Assembly: GCA_030770535.1 (NCBI GenBank)
Contig: JASVEC010000012.1
Location: 868,001-932,000 of the forward strand
From: Batkoa obscura
Lineage: Eukaryota
DNA length: 64,000 nucleotides
Direction of reading: 5' to 3'
Program-made: the position numbers and the translations under genes
Shown here: one piece after another, positions 50,721 through 62,400 of the stretch
Layout: every line of letters begins with the position of its first letter
Position numbering within the stretch: position 1 is the first letter of the stretch
The notes under the pieces: generated by a model
What the model was told of the DNA's origin: nothing
What the model saw: only the letters and a program-made list of their open reading frames with translations
Database searches by the model: none

Positions 50721-52063
50721 TAAAATTATCTTATAACTTAATATATCTCATTATTGATTCCTGACAATTTGGAAAATTCAAAATTTATTTGGATTATCTC
50801 CAACATTTAGCATTTCAATGAGCTTCAATATTCATCTATTGTTGTTTTAATTGCTATGTACTTATTTTTGAGTAAGTTTTAAATTCCTACCAAAGTAAAC
50901 ATAAACTCAAAACACAACTATTGTTCAAATAATCTTTTATCCTTTTTCATTTTACCAATACCTTAATAAAGGATACTCAACTTTAAAAACAGGCTATTAA
51001 ACCAATTGTTTTCTCCTTACCCCTTCTTCGAACTTCATCCCAACTTTTTTCTCACCTTTGTCTTTCATCCTTTCTTCTTTCACAAAATAAAGCACTCAGG
51101 AGGGGCCACTATTAATTTTAAAATATTCAAAAAAGCATGTATTTTAAAGGATTAAATAATATATGTGATAGTGTTTATTTTTCAGATATTTATTAGTATA
51201 TCTTTTAAGTTTAACGTAGATAAAAACATTCAAATGGTAACTACATCTGATAGTTTACTTTCAAAGGAGAAAACAATAGCTCCAAACTTAAGCTCAGCTA
51301 TTTGGAAGATTTCCCTAGAAGGGTACGCTACATTGGCCTAAGTGCATAATTTTCAACCAACAGTCAAGGAATTCTACCTGTTTGGATGGGAAAAGTGGAC
51401 AAATATATATTTTATTGCTTCTTTAACTGTAAATACAGCCAGTCTTTTTGGATCTCATTTACATTACACTTTATTAAAGAGCCTCTAACTACCGCCCTTA
51501 CTTAACATATTGGCTTCTTATTTATAAATAAGCTTCTATAATATATATCTATTTACTCACACTTTAGTTCCTGGGTCTTTGGCTTGGGTCCTTCACAGAA
51601 GATTTATTTACCTGAATTTCGAAGCAGTAAAGACTCTGACCCTCATCAATTCATTGTTCCTTGAATAGGTTGTCTCGGTATCAAAGGAGGTTAAATATCC
51701 TTCGATGATTGCTGATCAATCTTCCAAAAACTCTAGATGGTCCAGTTCTCTGAGATTTCCTAATGATATTTCTAAGCTGCACTCTGCTTTATCATTTAAT
51801 TAATTTGCCATTTTTTTGAAGTTCCACTGCTTTACCTAAAGTTGGTAGATTATAAAAAAATAATATAATAAAAACAGAAGACATTTTTGTATCTATTTTT
51901 TAAAATTTAGTAATTGAGCAGTAATTTAAAAAAAACATCAATTAATAAAACTAAATATTACAAATTATGATATTTCATTTAGTTTTTTTATTTAGTGGGT
52001 TTATGTTTTTAGTCAATAAATTGAACTGATAACAAGTAACCTCGAAAAAAAACATAATAGTAT

Positions 52064-52154
52064 GGAGTATTTTTTTGGTTTCATCATTTTTTCCATTATT
52101 TGTGCTATTGAGTAGAAGAAATGTTAGTGAATTTTTAAAAAAAAAGGTATCCCC
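52064..52154 (-). mobile_element. Degenerate MITE family A copy
   Basis: ggagtattttttggtttcatca...atcccc; flanks GTAT/GTAC. Confidence 0.75.
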
Positions 52155-53167
52155 GTACAATACCGTCAATTGTTTTTTTAGAATATTCAACATGTTAAAA
52201 AGGACACTCTAAATTTATATAATCGACACTAAAATAAGTCTTAATATAGTGAAAAAAGAATTCATACAAAATCGAGTACTTTTTAAAAGTGTTGAAGAAG
52301 TTAGAGACTTCCAAATATCTTAATGTATCCAAACGTTACTTTGAGTTTTGTTAAATTAAACATTATTTGGAACAGGATTTTCTTTTTCTTAATTTACTTT
52401 GTTGTCTAATTTATTGCATCTTTTATAAGGAATCAACTTCAATTAAAAGAACTGTGTAGCTGATTTATATCTATAATAATCTAAGTAGTGCAAATGTAAA
52501 TGGGAAAGAAAAACTATACTAAAATAGATTATTAAACAATAAAACTAGCATTAGATAAGCATTTTAATAATGAAATAAGGCTAAACTGTATTTATTTTCA
52601 ACTTACGTTTTGAAATTGACTAGAAAACAAGGCAATTTGAATTAAATATATGTCATCACTAGTTCAGCATAAATGTGACAAAACTTTTTAATTTGATATT
52701 GCTATTTAAAGTATTGACAGTGTTGATAAAGATTGCTATCATAAAAACTTTAGAATCGAAAAAGAATGACAAATTGAAAATTTTATTACGTTTGGAATCA
52801 ACAGTACCTTTTTTAGTGTAAGTTGGATTATCTCAAGTTAGAATGATTCTATATTCAATAGTTCCAGTTTAAAGTTTTAATTCTATACTTCGCTACAGCT
52901 TCCATGTAAATCTCTAGTTTACTAATTCAAGCAAATTAATTCTTGAAATAATTTTACCTCTAGCAATGAAATAGGAAATCTGAGTTTTAAATTTGATACA
53001 CATAACCTATAAATAGAGAAATTGTGTAGATAAATGAGATATAACATCATAAAAAAACGTGAGAAATTTATGCAGAGTTAGGATAGTCTATGATGATAAA
53101 ATATAGTATAAATAGATAACAACTAACCCATATATTAAATCGAAGATTAGCTTTTAAACTATAAATA

Positions 53168-55047
53168 ATGCAGCTTCTAAGCCTTACCTCTCTCCTAGCT
53201 TTGGTATTAGTACTAAACGCACCTGCTATTAAAGAAGATCTATGTACCGCAATTTCAAAGAAGCAAATATTTACATTTGAAGAGGCCTTAGTTTGTCTTA
53301 GAAACATTGATTTAGATCCTAAGAGAGCAGAGGAGGATACCGATTTCCTTAAAAAAGTAGCCTCTTTTTATGTCTATTTAAATATTGCTAAAAATTCACC
53401 AGAAAAAAAGGTGCCAGGTAATGTGAATCTTATCAAAGGTTTAGATAAAATTAAGCGAAAAAAGCACAAAAAAGAAATTCCTTTGTATCTTGATATTATT
53501 AGGTTATCTGATTGTTTACATGGTGGTGATAACGCTTATGATCCAGCTTGTGTTAGCTACTTTCTCTTTCGTCAACAGTTTCCATTATATACTTACCATG
53601 ATGAAAATGGTAATCAAATTGTTAAAGTTTTGTCCAATGTTAAATTCCCTCCTGCTTATCAAGAATATTGGTTAAGTAAAGCTGTTGACGTTTCTAAATA
53701 TCTTGGTAAAAAAGTGCATTTAATTAGTGGCCAATCACCTTTTGATTATATTCAAATGCGTAGTGATAAAACCATTGTTGTCTCAAGAGACGCTAACTAA
53801 AGATCGAATTTAGCTTTAATTAGTCCCGTTAATTACCATGACACTTGGGGAGTAAACTATGACGAGTATATTTACTCATTAATTGTCCCTGAAAAAAGCG
53901 AAGTAACTTTTGCCTTTTTAATTGATAATGATGAAGAAAGGGTTGGTGTACCCTTTCTTGTTACTGAGTCAATTGGTTGTAATGATACTGCTAGTTACTA
54001 TAATGATGATTGTTCGGTTGATCCTACTGGGCGTCAAAGCCCTTTCTCTAATGAAGATAGTAAAAGTATGGGAATTTTGAATTACTAAGGCAACAAGTCA
54101 AGCAAGTTATTGAAACTGAAATTGACCAAAAACTTATACTATCTAAAAGTAGTACAGGGTCTAATGATCTATCAACTAAAGCCTTTCTTGTACAAAATTA
54201 TTTAATTAAAGGAGATACTGCTTTATTAAATTTGTCTACCTTTGCTAGTGAAACCGTTCGTGGATTAGGCGCATTTAAAATAAATAATGTAATAAAAATC
54301 CTGATTGATGTAAGTAACAACTATGGTGATAGTGTTTGTTATGAATATTAGTTAACTGAGTATTTTCTCCCGAAATCTGGGCAATTACATTTCAGTACCA
54401 ATTAAAAAGTGAACCCTATTTTTAATATATTGGATAGAGCAAGTAACGGTACTGGCGGTTTTCATGACCCTCAGTCTTGGGTAAAACCAGATGGTACCCA
54501 TCTTAATGGCTCTGAAGAATTCTTAAAAGAACGCGAGTCTGTGCGTGATGGCATTAAGAGTAGTCACACTCAACTATTTCTTGATCGTTGCCCATTTACA
54601 AATCTTATTAAAGAGAACAATAGCACAACATCGTATAGAGGTGAAGATATAGTTGTCATTTCTAATGGTATATGCTACTCCGCTTGTGGGTTATTTAGCA
54701 ATAGTTTACAATTAACTAATAGTATTAATGCTGTACTAATTGGTGATAATAATAAAAATGAAGGTACTGTAGCTTCATTAGCTGATGGAGGAACTCATTG
54801 CATTACTCCTGTTTATGGGATTTATAAAGTATTGGTCTCTTTGGTGCCCCAGGCTCTCTTAAACAAACCTCCATCATTTAAAATTGCCCTTTCTTATACC
54901 TCTAGAGAAGCTCATTTAGAACCTTCTAGTTGTAAAAACCTATGCTCTATAGAATTCACTTGGATTCCAGCCAAAAAGAGAATGTCTTATATTGAGAAGA
55001 GTTCATTAAACCCATATTTTATATGGGAACAAGTAGCCAATCTGTAA
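53168..55047 (+). pseudogene. Full-length S41 peptidase pseudogene
   Basis: Colinear with 26245..28155; premature stop at 53798-53800, further stops and frameshifts. Confidence 0.9.
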
Positions 55048-56203
55048 CTATAATAATAAAAGGCATTGTTTGTTATTATAATAAGGCAACATTTTTTATT
55101 TTTTTGTTTACAAATACATCAAATAAAACAGTAAATCTAGTTATACAAAAATCAAGAACTTGTTTATGTCAATAAGATTCTAGGTAACTTAGCTATGCAT
55201 TTTTTTAATAACTTTCCTGTTGATCGACACCCTTGAGGTCTATCGCTATATATTGTCGTTTTCATTTGAACCTCCTTTAATTTATACTATTTGATATTGG
55301 CCTTGTTAAACACTACTTCGAACACATAATTTCTAAATAAAATTCTACTGGATTCAGCATTTCACATTCTTTTACAGCTATTACTTTTATTAGTGTGTGA
55401 TCAGTTTTTAATGAAGATATAAAAAACTGAAAATAAAAACATTCAATATAAGGGTGTCTGTTTTAGTTAAATTTGTTCGTAGATTTCTTTTTTTAGAGAT
55501 TATGTGCCTATGGATCATAGAGCGAATGATGAAAGGCTACAGGCTATTGTCTACTAACCACAGGTTGGGAATAGCACATTACAAGTCTATTGAGGGATTA
55601 AGCCCTTAATAGAGTAGGTCATGATTAGGCATCTTGAATTGACTGTTTTTTAAGCACTATTTAGCGAAAAAAATGTTATTAAAATCTTTAGATAAAATAG
55701 ACACTCCAATATTTATATTCAGCTCTAAATAATTATCATTGTTATAAAAAAACAGAGTTTTTATTATAGTATGGTTTAAATTTGTTCAACCAATTTAAGC
55801 TTCGTACATATACTACATTTACATTAGAACACAATAGTACAACCATATAAAATTAAGCAATATAGTATAAAGCTTCTCAATTTATATTTGAATATCAATA
55901 ATCAAACTGATAAACGACTTTTTTAAAAGCTAATTATAAGAGACAAATACATTATATTCGAATTTAGCATTAGCTAATTCGTGTCATTCATTCAAAATCT
56001 AGCTTAATTATTCAGTTCTAAAATACACATGATAACCTAGAAATGGCTACTAAATATGATGTTCTAAAAGTAACATTAATTATTCAAAAACATTTAAATT
56101 ATTAAATAAGTACAAAAATAAAAGTTCTAAAACAAGAGTTCTATTTTTTTAAAAAGGGGAGTAATACATGACAGAGGGTAAAAAAAGTGAGATTTTTGAA
56201 TAA

Positions 56204-57135
56204 TTAATTTTTACCATAATACATGTATTGAACGTCGACTAATTTTTTACCTCTAGCTTTAGCAATTTGATCTGGGGTACGTTGATTTTGAAGCGCTTCA
56301 AAGAAACATTTAATTACATTCATTGGATTCAATGAACCATAAACTTTAGCTCCTAAATCAGTAATACCAATACATTGACAAATTTCATGAATATATAGAT
56401 TAGTACGTACTCCAAAACCTATATAAAATATATTAGTTAAAAAATAAATATAAAGATAACATAATACCTGGTGGTCTAGCAAAAAGTTTAAGTTTAGTAG
56501 CTTTAAACTTTAATTCTAAATCATGATAAATAGTACGTTTATCATATCTTTCAAATTGGACCATATTTTTAATAGCTCTTTGAGTGGCTTTTTTAATTGC
56601 TTTTTCAGCTGAATCTCCTTTACCTTCAGCATAACCAGCAGCACCAATACCATTACCAACAACTACTAAAGCAGACATGGATGGTATTTTACCCCCACTA
56701 GTCATATTAACCGTTCTTTTTACAATTAATACTTTCTTTTTTAATCTTTTAAACATTTCGGGTGTAATTCCTAAATCTGAACTATAAACTACATCTTCAC
56801 TATCTCCAATAATACTTTCTTTTGGAGGTGGGTAGCTTGGATACTCATATTGACCATCTTTTAAATTTTTATCATTGATTAAATTGTCTACTTTTTCATT
56901 AGGGAAATCTAAATAAGGATGAAATTTGCCTAAGTTTGGATAACCTACTCCACTCGCTTTTTTTTCGGTATTGTTTTGAAGTAACGTACTACCAGTCGAT
57001 AAGCTCTTGGCCAATATAGCATTTAAGTTGTTGCTAACTTATATTTATTGTTAAATTATTGATTTAAATATTTTTATTTGCTTTACCTCCTTTTGACGCT
57101 ATTATTCTTTTAATTCCAAAATTTAATAAACTCAT
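56204..57135 (-). CDS. MRPS5: Mitochondrial small-subunit ribosomal protein uS5m (2 introns)
   Basis: RTVNMTSGGK...ALVVVGNGIGAAGYAEGK, ARPPGFG, GITDLGAKVYGSLNPMNV. Confidence 0.9.
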
Positions 57136-57385
57136 TTTTAAATTTCTAAAAAATAACAAATTTGATTTTTTTAGTTTTATTAAATTTAATGGGATATTTT
57201 AATAATTCTATACTAACTTTGTAGTTTATGCCAGCAAATAAAATTTAATTGACCACAAAAAAAATAAACTCAAAATTCAAATTTAAAATTGTATAAGTGT
57301 ATTAAAATGAAGAATAAATAATATCAATAAAATGTTTAATATAAAAATCGAAGCTATTTATTATTATAACTACTAAATATTTTAT

Positions 57386-58609
57386 TCAATCATCTGATAA
57401 TAAATCATCCAACTCTTTTTCTTCTTCTTCCGTAAGCGTAACATTACTTGGTTTTGAATATTCTAATGGTTTTAAATCCTCAAAATTGGGTTGTTTACCA
57501 ATATCTTTCAACAACCAAGATCTAAGACTACCATCTAAAGAAGCAGAAATAATTTTTTGATCTTTATTAATAAATGTAATAGCAGTAATTTCATCCCAAT
57601 GACCATTAAAAGTACCTAACAAAGTTTCATTTAAAACATCAAATACACGTATAATTTCATCTCTTCCGCCAGTAATGCAATATCGATTGTCTTCTGTTAT
57701 ATAAATACTTCTTACATGATCTGGATGCTCAAAGGAAGTATCTATCTTGTTTTCAATTAAACTATATCTTTTAACTGTTTTATCACCAGAACTAGACCAT
57801 ATTTCATCTTCCGTTAAAAATAATTTATAGACTGTAGTTAAATGATGCTCAAATATATTTTCAATTTTATAATCACTTTTTATATTCCATTGAATAATTT
57901 TCAAATCTCCAGAACAAGTATAAATAAAATCATTATCTATGCTTATTTTAATATCTTCAATAGTTCCCTTATGTCCTTTTAGTGTTTTGTAACTTTTTGT
58001 TTGGCCAAATGGATAAATTCGAAGTTCTTTATCGCTTGAACCTGATATTAAATATCTTTTACCATCCTTTATAAATGTATTGACACATTTAACAAAATCA
58101 CTATGCTCTGAATATACTTTAACAATCTTATTTTCCTATGATTACGATATTAGTATTATTTTAAATATTATTGTTATTTATTCTTTACTTTAACATTCCA
58201 TAGTATCAGTTTTTTATCCCAAGAGCCTGATAATAAATATTCTTCCCCGTTTTCTTGAAAATATTTAATACAAGTAACAGGCGCTTGATGACCTTTAAAT
58301 ACTTTAATTGTTTTTTCTGTCTAAACCATAAATTAACCAATTGTATAAGAACAAAAACTAATAACAACTTACTTTTAGATTCAAATATCTAATAACATTA
58401 CCAGCATGAGCTAAAAATACTTTATCTTCTGAGGGATGTTTTTCTAAAGCTAAGATTTTGTTATTAAACTCAATGGGTTGACCAACTAATTCTTTAGGTA
58501 GCTTTTTTTTGGCTTCAATTCTTTTTGTATTCTCGATATCGCGATCTGTTTGAAAAAAATGCTCACTACTCGTTCCATAATTGACTCCTGTACTGCTACT
58601 TATACTCAT
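57386..58609 (-). CDS. WD40-repeat protein (introns about 58321..58372 and 58136..58188)
   Basis: Multiple GH...SGSxD...W repeats. Confidence 0.88.
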
Positions 58610-58981
58610 TTTTTCAAAAAAAAAAAAAAGGTTTTGAAATTTAAGATTGTTATATTAATTGGCAATACACAAGTCAATATATTTGAGTTTTTCAAAATGT
58701 TTGTTAGAATTTTGCAATTAAGTAAAAATTTCGCATTTAAAATAACGAACCGAAATTTTAGATTAAAGTTTTAAAGGCTCAAATATGATATATATTGTAA
58801 TATGTTATTATGACACTATTGAGCATCATATCATCACTTTACTTAGTTTTATAATTTTTTTTACTTATCCAAAATTAAGATATCAAATTTTTATTTTAGA
58901 TCGAGTTTAGTCAAAAATCATTTAGCTTCGTTTCAACTTAAGAACAAGTGAGAATGTTTTAAAAAAATTAATTACCCAGTA

Positions 58982-59123
58982 CAGCTGTTCAAGCTTAGAT
59001 ACGTGCTGGCTAACCGTTTACTTTAAAATAAATTCTAAATATCAAACTGCGAAAGCACAATAGTACAAATAGTTGATTATAAAAGTTATCACTAGCCAGC
59101 GCACACTCAAACTTAAACAGCTG
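58982..59123. mobile_element. TA-flanked foldback MITE (CAGCTG termini) in the WD40/RPA190 divergent intergenic region
   Basis: ta|cagctgttcaagcttagatacgtgctggcta versus reverse complement ta|cagctgtttaagtttgagtgtgcgctggcta. Confidence 0.75.
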
Positions 59124-59402
59124 TATTCGCTAATTGATTTTGAGATTTTAAAAAACAGCAAAAATGGACAACCAGTAGAAAACACTCCCAAGTATTTAAA
59201 TAAGATTATGATGGCTATGATTTTTTCATAATTTATTCTTTGTTATAATTATATTGTTTTGAAATAAACATTGTCAAACAATTTTGATTTTTCCTTAAAC
59301 TTGAATTCCAAAAAATTTAAATCCTAAATCCAAATCCCATAATTTTCGACCTTTCAAATTGAATCTTAGAATTGTTGAATTAAATATTTTTTATAGAAAA
59401 AA

Positions 59403-62400
59403 ATGAATATATCCCAACCAATAAGCTCGGAAGTAGCGGGAGTCAACTTCTCGATCTATACACCTGAAGAAATTAGAAAGATCTCCGTTAAACCTATTTA
59501 TGACCCAAAAACATTTGATATCTATAATAACCCAAATAAAGGTGGTTTATATGACCCAGCTTTAGGTGCTTGTGATACAGCGGATATGTAATTATTATTG
59601 TTATTATTAAAATAAGTTTTAAACTTCAAACTTTTTTAGCTGCGGTACTTGTAGCTTAGATAAATCAGCCTGTCCAGGCCATTTTGGACATATAGAATTG
59701 CCTGTTCCTGTTATCAATGCTTTATTTTATGAACAAGTATTACGTTTACTTGCATCAAAATGTTTCTTTTGTCACAAATTGAGATTCAGTAACAAAAATG
59801 TAATTTTCTATATCGTAGTATTTTACTTAAGCTAAATTGAAATTTTAGAGAATTATTTTTATGGCTAAGTTTAAATTACTCCAAGCTGGTTTAATTGCAC
59901 AAGCTGAAAATTTAGATCCATCGATGATACCAAATACTACATCAGGTGCCAACATTGAAGATCCTGGAAAGAAAGCTATGGCCATTTTCAATAATATTAA
60001 AAATGCATATTTAAAAAGTGAAAAAACAGATAAGTTACCAGGGTTCCAAAAATCCACAAATACTAATAATTTACATTCTGAATTCATCAGAGAAATTTTA
60101 AAGAGTTCATCAAGCTGTAATGCATGTAAAACTTGTGGTGGTGTCGCTGTTAAAGTTTCTCATGATTCTTATCATAAAATTTTTCAAGCTCCATTATCTA
60201 AAAAGAAATTAGCTAAAATGCAAATGTTAAATATTTCCATAGGTGATGTTTTTAAACAGTCTAGTCTTTCAGCTCAAAAGAAAGAATTTGAAGCTGATGC
60301 TGAGATTGTCAAAGAAGCAGCTGAAATTTATAGTCAAACTAAGATCACCAATGGTCAATTAGATAATTTAGAGCAAGTTCAAAATGGTGATATAACAGAA
60401 GAACAAGAAGAAGAAGAAGAAGAACCAAAAACAAATGGTAAAGGTGGTAAAGAAGGTTTAACTTTATTAACTCCATTACATGTTTTACATCATATCCACC
60501 TTTTATTTGAAAAAGAAAAAGAAATCTGTTCCATCCTTTTTGGTGATATTACTGGAAGAACCAAATTAGATCCTAGGATGTTTTTATTAGAAGTTGTTTC
60601 AGTTCCTCCCTCTAGATTCCGTCCAGCTGCTATGATGAATGGGTCTATTATGGAAAATCCACAAACTGCTAATCTTGCTAAAATTTTAAATGCTTGTCAA
60701 AGTGTTAAAGAAGCATCGAACCAAAAAGATAGATTAGATTTATTAATCGATACTTGGATTCAATTACAAAAAGATGTCAATGCTCTTATTGATTCTTCGC
60801 GTGGTAATAATAATTATAATAAGGATCCATTACCAGGTATAAAACAAGTACTTGAAAAGAAAGAAGGTCTATTCCGTAAACATATGATGGGAAAACGTGT
60901 AAATTATGCTGCCCGTTCAGTTATTTCCCCAGATCCAAATATTGAAACCAATGAAATTGGTATACCTCCTGTTTTCGCAACTACTCTTACTTACCCTGAG
61001 CCAGTTACACACTATAATGTCAAAAAGCTTAGAGATGCTGTCATAAAAGGTCCAAAAGTATGGCCAGGAGCTACACATGTTCAACATGAGGATGGTACAT
61101 TAACTCAACTTGAAGCTTTAAGCACCGAATCAAGAATTGCACTTGCTAATCAATTACTTACACCTCAAGATTCAATGGCAACATCCTTACAATCTGGCAG
61201 TGCATTTGCTCCACAAGCCCAAGGAATTAATAAGAAAGTTTACCGTCACATTGGTAATGGTGATATTGTTTTATTAAACAGACAACCTACTTTACACAAG
61301 CCTTCTATTATGGCCCATAAAGTTCGTGTACTTCCTGGTGAAAAAACTATTCGTATGCACTATGCTAATTGTAATACTTATAATGCTGATTTCGATGGTG
61401 ATGAAATGAATATACATTTCCCTCAAAGTGAAGTTGCAAGATCGGAGGCTTATATGATTGCTAATACTGATAATCAATATCTTGTTCCAACCAATGGTGC
61501 TCCTTTAAGAGGTCTGATTCAAGATCACGTTGCTACAGGTGTTCTTATGACTTGTAAAGACACATTCTTTACCCGTGAAGAATATATGCAATTGATTTAT
61601 GGTTCTTTTAGACCTGAAGATGATCCAGAAGATGATCAACGTATTATTACTGTACCACCAGCAGTTTTTAAACCTCGTCCTTTATGGACTGGTAAACAAA
61701 TTATTACCACTATAATGGCCAATTTAACTCGTAAATTTGAGCCTATCAATCTTGAATCTAAATGCAGAGTACCAGCTAGGTATTGGGATAAATCCGCACC
61801 CGAAGAAGGTAAAGTTATCTTTGTTCAAGGAGAATATATCACTGGTTGTCTCGATAAAAATCAATTTGGTGCTTCATCTTATGGTTTAGTTCACGCTGTC
61901 TATGAACTTTATGGTGCAACAACAGCAGGAAAATTATTAAGTATTTTAGGAAGACTTTTTACTAAATACTGTCAACATCGTGGTTTCACTTGTAGAATGG
62001 ATGATTTAGGATTAACTCCAATTGGTGACGAATGGAGAAGAGATATTATTTCAGAAAGTACTGGTGCTGGTCAAGAAGCTACTATTGGTTATATTGGCCT
62101 TAAAGGACAAGAAAAATTCAAAAATTTCCAAAATGACTTTTTAGAGCGTATGCAAGAAGTTTATCATAATGATGAAAAACTTCAAGGCTTAGATGCCACT
62201 ATGAAAAGTAAAATGAATGGAATTACTTCTTCTATTATCCAAAGTTGTATTCCAGATGGTCTTTATCGTAAATTTCCACAAAATCATATGCAGGTTATGA
62301 CAGTTTCTGGTGCCAAAGGTTCTAATGTAAATGTATCCCAAATTTCATGTCTATTAGGACAACAAGAACTTGAAGGTCGTCGTGTACCATTAATGGCCTC

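Noticed and set aside
2999..52154. Recurrent ~97-bp repeat as a CRISPR array or ncRNA family
   Set aside because: Dispersed, in both orientations, with TIRs and copy-specific TSDs and no regular spacers: a transposon.
29101..52193. Short ORFs 29101..29289, 40263..40457, 44907..45146 and 51975..52193
   Set aside because: Their similar peptides are chance translations of MITE A.
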